A stretch of 64,000 bases of DNA, from positions 10,291 to 74,290 of the forward strand of contig CAZKVV010000002.1 of the NCBI GenBank assembly GCA_964556485.1, given 5' to 3'. The number at the start of each line of letters is the position of its first letter. Position 1 is the stretch's first letter. Source of the stretch: an uncultured Pseudomonadales bacterium. Lineage in GTDB: Bacteria > Patescibacteriota > Microgenomatia > UBA1400 > PJMF01. The position numbers and the translations under genes are program-made. The notes under the pieces were generated by a model. The model worked only from the letters and a program-made list of their open reading frames with translations, was not told the origin of the DNA and ran no database searches. Of this stretch, positions 16,392 to 27,211 are shown in pieces.

Positions 16392-17492
16392 TCATGAGAT
16401 GTGGAGTGTTAATTCTTTTTTTTGCGCTGTAACAAAGGATTGTAGTATTCCCAGGCATCCACTGATAGTAAGCACTGAGCTACCACCATATGAAAGTAGC
16501 GGTAAGGTAACACCTGTGATTGGGACAATTCCCATGTTCATACCGATGTTAACACCGGCCTGTATGGCAATCATAGTAACACAGATAAAGCAAAAGAGTT
16601 GCGCGGTTTTCTGGTTAGATTGATACCCAATATACAATATAAAACTGCAGAGTCCAGAGTAAATCAGCAACAGTAACAGTGAGCCAACAAAACCAAACTC
16701 TTCTGCGAATGATGCAAAAATGAAGTCAGTTTGACGTTCGGGCAAAAATCTGAGATGTGACTGCACTCCTTGTCCGAGACCTCTGCCAAAAAGTTCTCCA
16801 GATCCTACAGCAATCATAGCTTGTTGTGCGTTATAACTTGCTCCTTTGGTATCAGAGGAATCAAGAAAAGAAAAAATGCGTTGCTTTTGGTAAGGTTGCA
16901 GCACAAAAGCCCAGGTCAGTAGGCCAACGATTAATGATCCGCCTATAAGTAGCGTAATATGCTCGATTCTTGTTTTAGTGAGCAGAAATAGTGGAGCCAT
17001 GCTCGCAAGAAATACCACTGTGGTGCCAAGATCAGGTTCTATTAGAATTAATACTGCGGGAACAGCAAGAATGCCTAGCAACTTTAGGACATTTTTTCCT
17101 TGCGCTAAAGGAGCGTTCTGAATGAATGTTGCTGCAAAGAGTCCTACAAATGGAATGGCAAGCTGTGATGGCTGAAGTCTAAAAAAGCCAAAAATATCGA
17201 TCCATCTTGAGGTATTTCTTGTCTCTAACGAGATAGCAAGGGTGAGTATGAGTAAAAAAATGGTGGCAATATAGCCAAGCAAACTTAATTGTTCCATTCG
17301 TTTTATACTCACTTTGGAAACAAGGTAAAAAATACCACCACCCAAGCAGAAAAAAAGTAACTGTTTGCTTACTAAAGGAGTTGCAATACTGCTGAGTGTT
17401 AGGTTGCTGAGCAATGCAAATACAACCAGCAGTGCAGGTAATACGAGTGTTCTCACAGCTGTGAGTATACGGAAGCCCTCAGCTTTTTGCAA
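16392..17492 (-). CDS. rodA: SEDS-family peptidoglycan glycosyltransferase (RodA-like)
   Basis: PERQTDFIFASFAEEFGFVGS signature of FtsW/RodA/SpoVE. This is the second SEDS copy and lies outside the dcw cluster. Confidence 0.8.
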   Translation of the reverse strand: MQKAEGFRILTAVRTLVLPALLVVFALLSNLTLSSIATPLVSKQLLFFCLGGGIFYLVSKVSIKRMEQLSLLGYIATIFLLILTLAISLETRNTSRWIDIFGFFRLQPSQLAIPFVGLFAATFIQNAPLAQGKNVLKLLGILAVPAVLILIEPDLGTTVVFLASMAPLFLLTKTRIEHITLLIGGSLIVGLLTWAFVLQPYQKQRIFSFLDSSDTKGASYNAQQAMIAVGSGELFGRGLGQGVQSHLRFLPERQTDFIFASFAEEFGFVGSLLLLLIYSGLCSFILYIGYQSNQKTAQLFCFICVTMIAIQAGVNIGMNMGIVPITGVTLPLLSYGGSSVLTISGCLGILQSFVTAQKKELTLHIS

Positions 17493-17496
17493 AGGT

Positions 17497-20307
17497 TTAG
17501 CTTAAAGCGAGTTGAGCACCTTTTTTGAGAGTTGCGTTTGTTTTAGTTTCAATATGCTTTTGCCACTCTGCAGGCCAGCTTGGCGCAGAAACTATTACCG
17601 GTGTATCAAACGAAAGCTTAGCTTCTTTACGTAGTTTCTGAACAGATCGAATCAATTCTCTCGCCTCCCCTTCGGCAATTAGTTCTGGAGTAAGGTTAGT
17701 ATCTAACTCAACTTTAAGGTTTTCAGTGGTATGTTTCCAAACAACTTCTTTTACATTCACTTCGTCCTTCAGCACTTCCAACACATCATCTGCAGGTTGT
17801 GGCAACTGCACAAAAGCGGTGAGTTTAGAGAGAGGTTGTCTCACTTTACTATTAGCTTGCTTACGTTGAGAAAGCGTTTCAGCAACAACGCCTCTTATCG
17901 CTTGCATGCCTTCTTCTAGCTCTGGTGAGTAGTGGTTTGCGTCAAAAAGTGGCCAGTCTGTATGATGAATACTTGTTTTTGTGCCAACTAATTGTTGAAA
18001 AACCCACTCAGTAAAGAATGGTGTGAATGGAGCAAACAGTTGCGCCAGTTTTACTAGTACGTAGCCAAATACAGCACGTGATTTTTTATTTTCTCGAATG
18101 GTATCTCTACTTCTTCTCAGGTACCAGGTGGAGAGTTCATCGACAAAGCTAATCAGTGTTCTGGTGGCTACTACGACGTTGTAGTCATCCATTGATGAAG
18201 TCACCGACTTAACAACGGCTTGCAACCTGCTCAGTATCCATTTGTCCATGACTGTATGTGGTGCTGGCACGGTTTGATAGTCAACTTTAGTACCACCCGC
18301 ATACAGTGAATAAAATGAAATGAGGTTATACCAAATGACAAATACTTTTTTACGAAGCTCTGCCACATCTGCCTTATTAAAATTGACATTTTCCGATTTC
18401 ATGACAGAAGAGCTCATTAAGTAAAGGCGTAAACTGTCCACACCATACTCATTAATGATTTCCATAGGATCTGGAAAGTTTTTCTTAGACTTGCTGAGTT
18501 TATTACCATCTGCAGCCATGAGCGTTCCAGTAGTAAGGATATTTTCAACTGCATTTCTGCCAAAAATACCGACTGACATCACGTGCATGGTGTAAAACCA
18601 GGCTCTAGTTTGAGCAATGTATTCACTTACAAATTGGGCTGGGTATGTTTCTTCAAACAAGGCCTTATTTTCGAAAGGATAATGTTTTGAAGCAAATGGC
18701 ATAGAGCCAGATTCTACCCAACAGTCAAAGACTTCAAAAACGCGAGTTCCCTTGATAGTTTTTGCATCATCAACCCAGACTTCAATGTCATCAATATGTT
18801 CTCTATGCAAGTCTGTGAGGTTTGCAACTAAGCTTGGGTCTGTTGCCCATTGTTGTAGTTCAGCTATTGAACCAACAATGCGTAACTCTCCAGATTCTGC
18901 TTTCCACACAGGCATTGGCGTACCCCAGTAGCGAGATCGTGAAATATTCCAGTCTGGAGCTGTTTCAAGTCCCTTACCAAACCTTCCGTACTTAAGGTGT
19001 GATGGATGCCAATTAATATGTTCATTCTCTGCAATTAGCTGAGGCTTTAGTTGAGCCACGTCTATAAACCAAGCTGGTACTGCGTTGTAGTACAGTGGTG
19101 TAGCGCAACGATAGCAGAATGGATATGAGTGAGTAATCTTCTCTTCTTTAAATATGAGGTTACGTTGTGTCAAATCTTCAGTAATTATCTTTTCTGCTGA
19201 TTTGTAAAATTTGCCAGCTGTAATCTCAACAAAGTCACAAAACTTTCCTTCATCTGTGAGTGTTGGTACTTGAGGCAAATCGTGTTCTAATGCGAGGGCG
19301 TAGTCGTCTTCACCAAAAATTGCAGCAGTGTGAACGATACCAGTACCATCTTCTAAACTGACGAATGTTGCTGGCAATACAGTCCAAGCTTTTGGTTTGT
19401 CTGAAGTCACATAGTCGTAGAGTGGTTCGTACTTGATACCTACCAACTCCGAACCAGTTACAGTTTTAATAATGGTTGCAGTGGCATCAAGAACTTTTGA
19501 AACTAAATCCTCAGCAAGCCAGAGTAATTCGTTGGTTTCTGTTTTAACTTGTACATACGTAGCCGTCTCATCTACTGCAAGTGCGACGTTTCCTGGTAAA
19601 GTCCATGGTGTTGTTGTCCAAGCCAGCAAGTACTCATTTTTGGTGTTCTCAACTTTGAATTTCACAAACAATGAGTAGTCTTCGACATCACTGTATGAGT
19701 TGTCCATGGCAATTTCAAAGTTTGAAAGTGGAGTGGCACATCTTGGACAGTACATGACTACTTTGCGACCTTCGTAGATAAGTCCCTTGTCATAGAGTTG
19801 CTTAAAGCCCCACCAGACAGATTCCATGTATGAAGTATCCATTGTTTTGTAATTATGGGAAAAGTCGACCCATCTGCCAAGTCGGTCGATAATTTTTTCC
19901 CATTCGGTATCGAGTCGCAAGACTTCAGATCGACAGGCATTGTTGAATTGGTCAATGCCAAGTGCTTCGATACCCTTTTTTCCACCTTTGATATCCATTT
20001 GTTTTTCAATCATGTTTTCAATTGGCAGACCATGACAATCCCAGCCCCAAATACGCTCAACTCGGTATCCTTTCATTGTCCAATAGCGAGGAATGACGTC
20101 TTTGGAAGTAGATCCCAACAGATGGCCATAGTGCGGGAGGCCTGTTGCAAAGGGAGGTCCATCGTAAAAAACATACTGTTTGCTTTCAGACCTCATTGAG
20201 ACTGATTTTTCGAATGCATCAGTTTTTTTCCAATACTTAAGAATCTCTTCTTCGAAGGCTGGAAAACCTGGTGTTGCTGGTAATGATTGATTTTCAGACA
20301 TATGCAT
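17497..20307 (-). CDS. ileS: Isoleucyl-tRNA synthetase, eukaryote-like (type 2)
   Basis: FYDGPPFATGLPHYGHLL (HIGH) and GNKLSKSKKNFPDP (KMSKS..NYPDP variant) are diagnostic of type-2 IleRS; 936 aa. Confidence 0.85.
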   Translation of the reverse strand: MHMSENQSLPATPGFPAFEEEILKYWKKTDAFEKSVSMRSESKQYVFYDGPPFATGLPHYGHLLGSTSKDVIPRYWTMKGYRVERIWGWDCHGLPIENMIEKQMDIKGGKKGIEALGIDQFNNACRSEVLRLDTEWEKIIDRLGRWVDFSHNYKTMDTSYMESVWWGFKQLYDKGLIYEGRKVVMYCPRCATPLSNFEIAMDNSYSDVEDYSLFVKFKVENTKNEYLLAWTTTPWTLPGNVALAVDETATYVQVKTETNELLWLAEDLVSKVLDATATIIKTVTGSELVGIKYEPLYDYVTSDKPKAWTVLPATFVSLEDGTGIVHTAAIFGEDDYALALEHDLPQVPTLTDEGKFCDFVEITAGKFYKSAEKIITEDLTQRNLIFKEEKITHSYPFCYRCATPLYYNAVPAWFIDVAQLKPQLIAENEHINWHPSHLKYGRFGKGLETAPDWNISRSRYWGTPMPVWKAESGELRIVGSIAELQQWATDPSLVANLTDLHREHIDDIEVWVDDAKTIKGTRVFEVFDCWVESGSMPFASKHYPFENKALFEETYPAQFVSEYIAQTRAWFYTMHVMSVGIFGRNAVENILTTGTLMAADGNKLSKSKKNFPDPMEIINEYGVDSLRLYLMSSSVMKSENVNFNKADVAELRKKVFVIWYNLISFYSLYAGGTKVDYQTVPAPHTVMDKWILSRLQAVVKSVTSSMDDYNVVVATRTLISFVDELSTWYLRRSRDTIRENKKSRAVFGYVLVKLAQLFAPFTPFFTEWVFQQLVGTKTSIHHTDWPLFDANHYSPELEEGMQAIRGVVAETLSQRKQANSKVRQPLSKLTAFVQLPQPADDVLEVLKDEVNVKEVVWKHTTENLKVELDTNLTPELIAEGEARELIRSVQKLRKEAKLSFDTPVIVSAPSWPAEWQKHIETKTNATLKKGAQLALS

Positions 20308-20590
20308 GTGTCCTGATACAAAAAAACCCTCTCCTACTCACAATCTGTGAGCATGAGAGGGTTCTCTATTTTTACTACTGAGAACGGTACCACCTCTTTT
20401 TGTGACTCGTGTCACCTCTGTTCCTGCTGTTACGGGCTTACCCGCATCGTTTTACTGAGTTGTGGCGATGGTTTTCGCTCAACTGTTCTTCGACGTACGT
20501 AACTCAGAGTACTTGCTAGTTGATTGCTAGCTCAGACGTATCTAGGGATAGTATACCGCATTTGTGCAAATATACTATATTTCGGCTATT
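20308..20590 (-). promoter_or_regulatory. T-box riboswitch leader of ileS
   Basis: Minus strand carries AGAGGTGGTACCGTTC (T-box consensus AGGGTGGNACCGCG; + coordinates 20382-20397), followed by terminator hairpin AACCCTCTC...GAGAGGGTT plus TTTTTTT (20319-20363) immediately before the ileS ATG. Confidence 0.6.
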
Positions 20591-21848
20591 TTTTCCTGCG
20601 AAGAAAAGCTGGAATTTCAAATTCACTATCGAGGTCATTTTTACTGGTGTTGTTTTGATTTTCTTCGATGGTTTCAGTAGCAGTTGCATCTCCAAATGCA
20701 TCGGACTTCACAAATGGGTTGGAAATGCTAGACATTTGAGAAACAGTGATCGGTTGCGTGTAGCCATCTGGTGCACGATCAATTTTTGTTTGATTTTGCT
20801 GTTGATCTGGTTCATTCTGCTTCATCCTATTTCTGGATTCAGAGGTGTATGCACCAAAAAGTGGTTTATTAGCTGAGCCAAAACCCATTTGCTTACTGTC
20901 AAACCCAGTTGCAATCACACTAATCTTCATCTTTGATCCCATTTCTTTATTAATGGTTGCTCCAAAAATAATATTTGCTTCTGGATCTGCTGCATTTGCA
21001 ATAATGGTAGAAGCATCTGAGACTTCAGTCATCGTCATGTCTTCACCACCGATGATGTTGTAGAGTATGCCTTTAGCCCCTTCGATTGAGACTTCCAGGA
21101 GTGGAGATGCGATTGCCATCCGAGCAGCTGTGGCGGCACGATTCTCACCACTTGCTTCACCAATGCCCATGAGTGCAGAGCCAGACTCTGTCATGATGGT
21201 TTTAACGTCTGCAAAATCTACGTTAATAAGTCCAGGTACGGTAATCAAATCTGAAATACCTTGTACACCCTGACCAAGAACGTTGTCTGCCAACTTAAAA
21301 GCGTCGAGAAGAGTCATCTTTTTATCTACCACATCCATGAGGCGTTGATTTGGAATTACAATAAGGGTGTCAACTGATTCCTTCAAATTTGCAATGCCAT
21401 CTTCTGCAGTATGTAAGCGACGCACGCCTTCGAATGAAAATGGTTTAGTAACCACAGCAACGGTAAGTGCTCCGCTCTCTTTAGCAATCTCTGCAATAAT
21501 TGGAGATGCGCCGGTACCGGTTCCACCACCCATACCCGCAGTAATAAATACCATGTCGGTATCGTAGAGTAGATCCTTAAGCTTGTCGTAGGATTCTTCA
21601 GCAGCTGTCCTACCTACATCAGGATCTGCGCCAGATCCAAGTCCTTTGGTAAAGTTATTCCCAATCTGTAGCTTTGTTTCTGCCTTGGATGTGAGGAGCG
21701 CTTGGGCATCAGTGTTAACAGCAATAAACTCAACACCATTGATTTGGTTCGAGCTAATCATTGAGTTAACAGCGTTACCGCCACCACCACCTACTCCGAT
21801 AACTTTTATCTTTGCAAACGTGGTATTTGAGGGTTTAACGAGTGCCAT
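20586..21848 (-). CDS. ftsZ: Cell division GTPase FtsZ
   Basis: [17 protein letters not shown] and [18 protein letters not shown] tubulin signature. Confidence 0.95.
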   Translation of the reverse strand: MALVKPSNTTFAKIKVIGVGGGGGNAVNSMISSNQINGVEFIAVNTDAQALLTSKAETKLQIGNNFTKGLGSGADPDVGRTAAEESYDKLKDLLYDTDMVFITAGMGGGTGTGASPIIAEIAKESGALTVAVVTKPFSFEGVRRLHTAEDGIANLKESVDTLIVIPNQRLMDVVDKKMTLLDAFKLADNVLGQGVQGISDLITVPGLINVDFADVKTIMTESGSALMGIGEASGENRAATAARMAIASPLLEVSIEGAKGILYNIIGGEDMTMTEVSDASTIIANAADPEANIIFGATINKEMGSKMKISVIATGFDSKQMGFGSANKPLFGAYTSESRNRMKQNEPDQQQNQTKIDRAPDGYTQPITVSQMSSISNPFVKSDAFGDATATETIEENQNNTSKNDLDSEFEIPAFLRRKK

Positions 21849-21916
21849 ATGTGCTCATAAGTGATACTATTAGTACCAAAGTGTAACATTATTTACTTGT
21901 AAGTTATAGACCCAAC

Positions 21917-23224
21917 TTAAGGTAAAAGTGAACGGAAAAATGAGCCTAATTTACCAAGCGAAAACTTTGATTTTGGAAGTGTTTTAACCAGTGAACCAAA
22001 TGAGAATCCTGACTTTTCTTGCCCACCTCCTTGACTCATGCCAAATTGTATTAGTCCAATAGATGTTGCATATGCAGGTGTGTTGATATCTCTCACTAGT
22101 CCTTGTAGTTCAATAGGTGCGCCAACTCTAGCTGGAAGGTTGAGTTCATGTTTTGCAACTTCAGCAATTTGATGTGTAAGAGCGCCACCACCTGTAATCA
22201 CTACTCCTGCTGGAATATCCTTGAGTGTGCCCTGCTCTTTGAGTTTATCTGCAACTAGACTGAATATTTCTTGCATTCGAGGATGCATGATACCCTCAAC
22301 AATTGTTTTCCTTGAGAGAATTTCCTCAGAATCACTGCTGTCGAAATCTGAGACTTTAATTTGGTCAGCTTTTTTAGCTCGCTTGCTGAAATCTACCTTT
22401 GACTCCCCAGCGAGTGGTGTAGGCATTTTTGCTTTTTCAGATGAAATATGGAGCTTTATCTTTTCTGCAGTGTCGATACTCACTCTACAACCAAGGGCAA
22501 TGTCTTGAGTAATGTGTCTAGCACCAATAGGAATAGAACAAGAGTAACTTAATGAACCTTCCATAAAGACACACACTGAAGTTGAACCTGCGCCAATATC
22601 TATGACTGCAACGCCGAGCTCTTTTTCAGTTTCAGAAAGCACCACGTTTGCAGCTGCAATTCCTGAGAATACAAATTCAGCCACAGTAATTCCCAAGTCT
22701 TGGATGCATTTTTCCATATTTTTTAAAGCAGTAGACATGCCTGTGATGATATGTGCTTCAGACTCTAGACGCACGCCAGTCATGCCGACTGGATCTTTAA
22801 TTCCTTCTTGAGAATCAACGCGGTAGTCTTTTGGTATTACATGAATAATCTCACGGTCTGAAGAAAGTGAAATAGCTCTTGCTGCTTCTATAACTCTATC
22901 TACATCCGAACTGGTAATTTCTTGATCAGGTGAAGCAACAGCAACAACTCCTTTGCTGTTAAGTGATTGAATATGAGTACCTGAAAGTGATATAAATGCT
23001 GATTTAACCTCTAACCCCGCCATGCGCTCAGCACCATCAAGACTTTCAGTAATCGTTTCTAACACTTTTTCTAAGTCAATGATTTGACTTTTTTTCATTC
23101 CTTTTGAAGGAACTGCTGAAACACCAACAACTTGAATAACACCCTCACTACTTGTTGTAGCGATGAGTGTGACACATTTATCTGTGCCAACATCTATGCC
23201 GGTGATTACTTTGTTGTGTCCCAT
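21917..23224 (-). CDS. ftsA: Cell division protein FtsA
   Basis: Actin-like ATPase; VITGIDVGTDKCVTLIA N-terminus; 435 aa. Confidence 0.9.
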   Translation of the reverse strand: MGHNKVITGIDVGTDKCVTLIATTSSEGVIQVVGVSAVPSKGMKKSQIIDLEKVLETITESLDGAERMAGLEVKSAFISLSGTHIQSLNSKGVVAVASPDQEITSSDVDRVIEAARAISLSSDREIIHVIPKDYRVDSQEGIKDPVGMTGVRLESEAHIITGMSTALKNMEKCIQDLGITVAEFVFSGIAAANVVLSETEKELGVAVIDIGAGSTSVCVFMEGSLSYSCSIPIGARHITQDIALGCRVSIDTAEKIKLHISSEKAKMPTPLAGESKVDFSKRAKKADQIKVSDFDSSDSEEILSRKTIVEGIMHPRMQEIFSLVADKLKEQGTLKDIPAGVVITGGGALTHQIAEVAKHELNLPARVGAPIELQGLVRDINTPAYATSIGLIQFGMSQGGGQEKSGFSFGSLVKTLPKSKFSLGKLGSFFRSLLP

Positions 23225-23251
23225 ATGTAAACTGCGAGTAGCATATCAAAA

Positions 23252-23950
23252 TTACTCTCGCGTGCGTAGTACTGGCAGCTCAAAACGCAGATCAATTTCT
23301 GCAACCGGTTTGAGCGAGGTTAGTTCTGGTGATGCAAGTATAGCAACAATAGTAGTAATACTGTGTTGTAATTTTGTTGGATCAAGAAAAACGAGTGGCC
23401 CTTTTTCAAGTTGTATCTCGAGTGAATGCTCTTCTTTCCAAGTGATATATTGTGGCTGTAATTCTGTTTTTTGCAGAGCAGTTGTCAGTTGGTCTAGCAG
23501 GAAATGTGTTTCTTTTTGTAGGTATCCGTCTGTTATTCGATCAGTACTTGAAAAGAATGCAGAAAAAAGCTGCAACTGTTCTGGTAATGTGAAAAGCTGT
23601 TTTGTTTGTCCATTTTCAAACACAACAAACATGCTTTCATCAGCAGTTTTAAGTATATACTTTGGTGTGTGTGCAGCAAGTGAAATCTCTACTTTCCCGA
23701 GTAAATCTTTGCTCACTTTTGTTACGGTGAGTGGCTGGGATTGTAGCAGCGATTCAGCCATTGCTTTAGTATCTGAAAAAATGAGTGATTTCCCTGTTAG
23801 CGCTGCAAGGCTTCGCTCGACTTCTGGATCACAATTTTCAGCTGATTGTGTTGTACAAATTACTTGGGTAGTGGAACGCGTTACCAGCCAAACTGTGGCA
23901 AAAATAAATACGAGTAAAAATGCACTTTTATGTAGCACCGTGTGTTTCAC
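23252..23950 (-). CDS. ftsQ: FtsQ/DivIB-like cell division protein
   Basis: N-terminal TM anchor plus periplasmic POTRA-like domain; positioned between murG and ftsA. Confidence 0.55.
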   Translation of the reverse strand: MKHTVLHKSAFLLVFIFATVWLVTRSTTQVICTTQSAENCDPEVERSLAALTGKSLIFSDTKAMAESLLQSQPLTVTKVSKDLLGKVEISLAAHTPKYILKTADESMFVVFENGQTKQLFTLPEQLQLFSAFFSSTDRITDGYLQKETHFLLDQLTTALQKTELQPQYITWKEEHSLEIQLEKGPLVFLDPTKLQHSITTIVAILASPELTSLKPVAEIDLRFELPVLRTRE

Positions 23951-25074
23951 TTTGATTTTGTTACTGATACCAGTAGAGAGTACAACTGTGTGACCGCTTC
24001 TTGAATTGCAGGCACATCTTTTGTAAGTGCGGACTGTATGTCAGTATGGTGCGATTCTATTTGTTGAATTGCAACTCTGAGCGTTTCGGGGGATAAATCT
24101 TTTTGTTGTAACAAAATAGCTTTTCCTTCATCACTGAGTTTTTTGGCAGAGATCAGTTGTTCGTTATTATGCGAAAAAGGGAGTGGTACCAAGATTGACG
24201 GTAAACAGACTGCTTGTAATTCCAACACTGTATTTGCCCCGGCTCTTGAAATGGCACAATACGCATGTTTATAGATCCAACTGAGTTCATCTTCGGTTAT
24301 CCATTCACGGATAATGTATTGCTGTTTTGATACCGCTGCAAGTTGTGCACTTGCGTTTTCAAGCTCTTTTTTATAGTTTCTACTTGCAGTGTTCATCCCA
24401 CATTGGTGGATAATAATCCAGTCTGTGGCAAGCCACTTGAGTGAATGCGCGATAGTAGAGTTGAGTATTTCTGAACCTTGGCTACCGCCGGTGACATACA
24501 TTATTTTCTTTTGAGCTCTAGTGGTATACCAACTTGGTTTTTCTGTAGAACCACTCAAGACTGTTTTTCTGATTGGATTACCAGTTACAACAATTTTTTC
24601 TGTAGGGAAGTGAGCAGCGCTCTCTTTAAATGAAAGCGCAATCTTGGTTGCTAGCTTTCCCACAAAACTATTGGCAAATCCAACGGTTCGAGTCTGCTCA
24701 TGCACAACTATGGGAACTGCAAAAAGTTTGCACACAATTGCTAATGGAATACTGAGATGGCTGCCAAAAGAAATATAGACAGAAGGTTTTTGCTTTAAAA
24801 CGATGCTCAGAGCTTTGAGCAATCCCATCAGAAATAAAATGCCATTGATGAATAGAACTAATGGATTATGACTAGAAAATTTTCCTGAGTCGAAGGCTAT
24901 AAAGAGTACTCCCCTTTTCTCTACTTCTTCTTTTTCTTTGGCTGGTTGAGCAACTTGTTTTCTGGTATACATTCTGCCAGCAAAAATAAGCTCTGTTTTG
25001 GGATGAACAGCTTGAATGTAATCAATTAATGCAATAGCAGGGGTTAAGTGTCCCCCTGAGAGTAAGACTTTCAT
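23947..25074 (-). CDS. murG: UDP-GlcNAc:undecaprenyl-PP-MurNAc-pentapeptide GlcNAc transferase
   Basis: MKVLLSGGHLTPAIAL N-terminus and GGSQGSEILN motif. Confidence 0.85.
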   Translation of the reverse strand: MKVLLSGGHLTPAIALIDYIQAVHPKTELIFAGRMYTRKQVAQPAKEKEEVEKRGVLFIAFDSGKFSSHNPLVLFINGILFLMGLLKALSIVLKQKPSVYISFGSHLSIPLAIVCKLFAVPIVVHEQTRTVGFANSFVGKLATKIALSFKESAAHFPTEKIVVTGNPIRKTVLSGSTEKPSWYTTRAQKKIMYVTGGSQGSEILNSTIAHSLKWLATDWIIIHQCGMNTASRNYKKELENASAQLAAVSKQQYIIREWITEDELSWIYKHAYCAISRAGANTVLELQAVCLPSILVPLPFSHNNEQLISAKKLSDEGKAILLQQKDLSPETLRVAIQQIESHHTDIQSALTKDVPAIQEAVTQLYSLLVSVTKSK

Positions 25075-26153
25075 TTTTCTCTTCCAATCCGGAGCAGTAC
25101 CCCTGAAGCAAACAATAACATGACCAGAGATGTTCTACCATATGAAAAAAATGGAAGTGGGACACCTGTGAGTGGTACAAGACCGACAACTGCAGAAAGA
25201 TTAAGTACAGTTTGTATAGTAAACCAAACGACAATACCTGTACCAAACAATGTTAGTACTGGACCTTTATGTGCATTTTGAATCAATTTGAAAGCTGAAA
25301 ATAAGAAAGCAAGAAAGATGGCAATGATGAGTACTGAACCAATAAATCCTACCTCTTCCGCAACGATAGCAAAAATAGAATCGGTGCTTGCTTCAGGAAT
25401 GTATGAAAACTTTTGTTGAGAGTTTCCCAGTCCTTGTCCAAACCAGCCACCACGTCCCAAAGCGAGTGTGATTTGTCGGATGTGAAAGCTTGCACCAAGG
25501 GGGTCTGAGTCCGGGTTTATAAAGGTAGTTAGGCGCTTCAGTCTATATGGAGAAAAGACGATGGTAAGCAAGATGAGTGGAATGCCAGCAGCAGCAAGCA
25601 TTCCCAGTTTTTTCAGTTCGCCCCCGGATATAAAAAAAATACTTACTGAAATACCAAGTATAAGCAGCAAAGAGCCTAAATCTGGTTGAAGGATAATTAG
25701 AATTGCTGGGAGAGCTGTTAAAAACAAGAAGGCAGAAAACTTTTGTGAATAACTCATCCAATGAGCAAAGTATGCAGGTATGGCAAACTTGAGTAACTCA
25801 ACTGTTTGAAAACGAATCGGACCGAGTGCAAGCCAGCGTCTTGCGCCATTGAGATCAAGTCCTAATCCTGGAATAAGCGTTGCGATGAGTAGTACTATTG
25901 AACTCCAGTACAACACCGGTGAGATGGTGATCCAAAATGTTGCAGGAATCAAAATACCAGCGACAAAAGCAACAGATCCAATGATCAGTGCAGAAAAATG
26001 TTGTTTGAGCAAAAAGTAGGGGGTGCCAAAAGTAACTAAACTTTCGGCAGTTGATGCCTCAAATACAAATAACGTTCCGAAGGACAACAGTAAAAAGAGT
26101 AGAATAGTAAAAGAGATTGAATACGAAAATCCAATGGTCTTCTTTTTTTGCAT
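25071..26153 (-). CDS. ftsW: SEDS-family cell division protein FtsW
   Basis: IPEASTDSIFAIVAEEVGFIGS signature; located in the dcw cluster. Confidence 0.85.
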   Translation of the reverse strand: MQKKKTIGFSYSISFTILLFLLLSFGTLFVFEASTAESLVTFGTPYFLLKQHFSALIIGSVAFVAGILIPATFWITISPVLYWSSIVLLIATLIPGLGLDLNGARRWLALGPIRFQTVELLKFAIPAYFAHWMSYSQKFSAFLFLTALPAILIILQPDLGSLLLILGISVSIFFISGGELKKLGMLAAAGIPLILLTIVFSPYRLKRLTTFINPDSDPLGASFHIRQITLALGRGGWFGQGLGNSQQKFSYIPEASTDSIFAIVAEEVGFIGSVLIIAIFLAFLFSAFKLIQNAHKGPVLTLFGTGIVVWFTIQTVLNLSAVVGLVPLTGVPLPFFSYGRTSLVMLLFASGVLLRIGREK

Positions 26154-26168
26154 GCAGGTTTTATTTTA

Positions 26169-27203
26169 CTAAAGTACAGCCAGCCATACTCCAAAAATGG
26201 TTAACATTATTTGAAGCAACCAGGCTCTTTGTACAATTTTAGGTTCTTCCCAACCATATTTTTGGAGGGTGAGATGGAACGGTGCAGCTGGAAACAGTTT
26301 CTTTTTTGTAAACTTTTTTGAGAGTAGTTGCAGTAGTGAACTGGCAATTTCTATCACAAAGATTGCCCCTATAACCAAGAGTGCAATTACTTTGCCAAGC
26401 AATAATCCCATTACCGCTAATGTGGCACCAAATGCTAAAGAACCAACATCTCCCATAAAAATTCGTGCAGGAAAGACATTAAAGTACAAAAAGGAAATCA
26501 ATGACCCAATAAGCAGTGCTATAAAAATTGAAGTTGGAATATCTAAGATTGAAGATGATAAGTACCAGAGTCCAAAGAGTGAAATCATTAAAATGCCTGA
26601 TGCTAATCCATCCAAACCATCTGTAATGTTAACAGCATTTGCAAATGACACAATCGTAAATGTTGCGAATGGAATATACATCCAGCCTAGTTCGAAAGTA
26701 CCAATGAACGGAATGTAGATAAATGAGATACCTAGTTGTGTATAAATCAGCATGCTGATTACTAGTGATAGCATAAGTTCTAGAATAAACTTATGTTTCA
26801 TGCGTAAACCAAAGAAACCACTTGATTCAATCTGAAAGAATTTTTTTACGTCGTCATATAAACCTAAGAGCCCAAAGGAAACTAAAGTGAAGAATAAAAT
26901 GTTTATTTCTGCGTCAACAGACTTGTGATTGCTGGTTATTTCTAGACCAAAGTACTTAAGGAGTGGCAAGATACAAATAAACAGTACCGATACGACAGCA
27001 ATAACGAGTAGTCCTCCGCCAACTGGTACCCCTGCTTTTTTTTTGTGAAATGCATCAAAAATTGGGGTGAGCATGCCAAATGCATCTCTAGTAACTTGGT
27101 TTGCACGTTGAAATTTCAGTTTATAGAGTAAGTCAATGAATGGTACGACTAGTGTACTGGTGATAATAAAAGATAGAATCAAGACGCTTAGCGCGAGTGC
27201 CAT
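26169..27203 (-). CDS. mraY: Phospho-N-acetylmuramoyl-pentapeptide transferase
   Basis: NAVNITDGLDGLA and MGDVGSLAFGATLA motifs. Confidence 0.9.
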   Translation of the reverse strand: MALALSVLILSFIITSTLVVPFIDLLYKLKFQRANQVTRDAFGMLTPIFDAFHKKKAGVPVGGGLLVIAVVSVLFICILPLLKYFGLEITSNHKSVDAEINILFFTLVSFGLLGLYDDVKKFFQIESSGFFGLRMKHKFILELMLSLVISMLIYTQLGISFIYIPFIGTFELGWMYIPFATFTIVSFANAVNITDGLDGLASGILMISLFGLWYLSSSILDIPTSIFIALLIGSLISFLYFNVFPARIFMGDVGSLAFGATLAVMGLLLGKVIALLVIGAIFVIEIASSLLQLLSKKFTKKKLFPAAPFHLTLQKYGWEEPKIVQRAWLLQIMLTIFGVWLAVL

Positions 27204-27211
27204 ACCAGTCC

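Noticed and set aside
20520-20876. 118-aa plus-strand ORF spanning the ileS leader and ftsZ 3' end
   Set aside because: Overlaps the T-box leader and ftsZ on the opposite strand; better explained as non-coding.
23163-23993. 276-aa plus-strand ORF (Cys/Ser-rich)
   Set aside because: Entirely antisense to the ftsA/ftsQ/murG genes; composition is the mirror of those coding sequences, a typical shadow ORF.
26269-26718. 149-aa plus-strand ORF
   Set aside because: Antisense shadow ORF within mraY.
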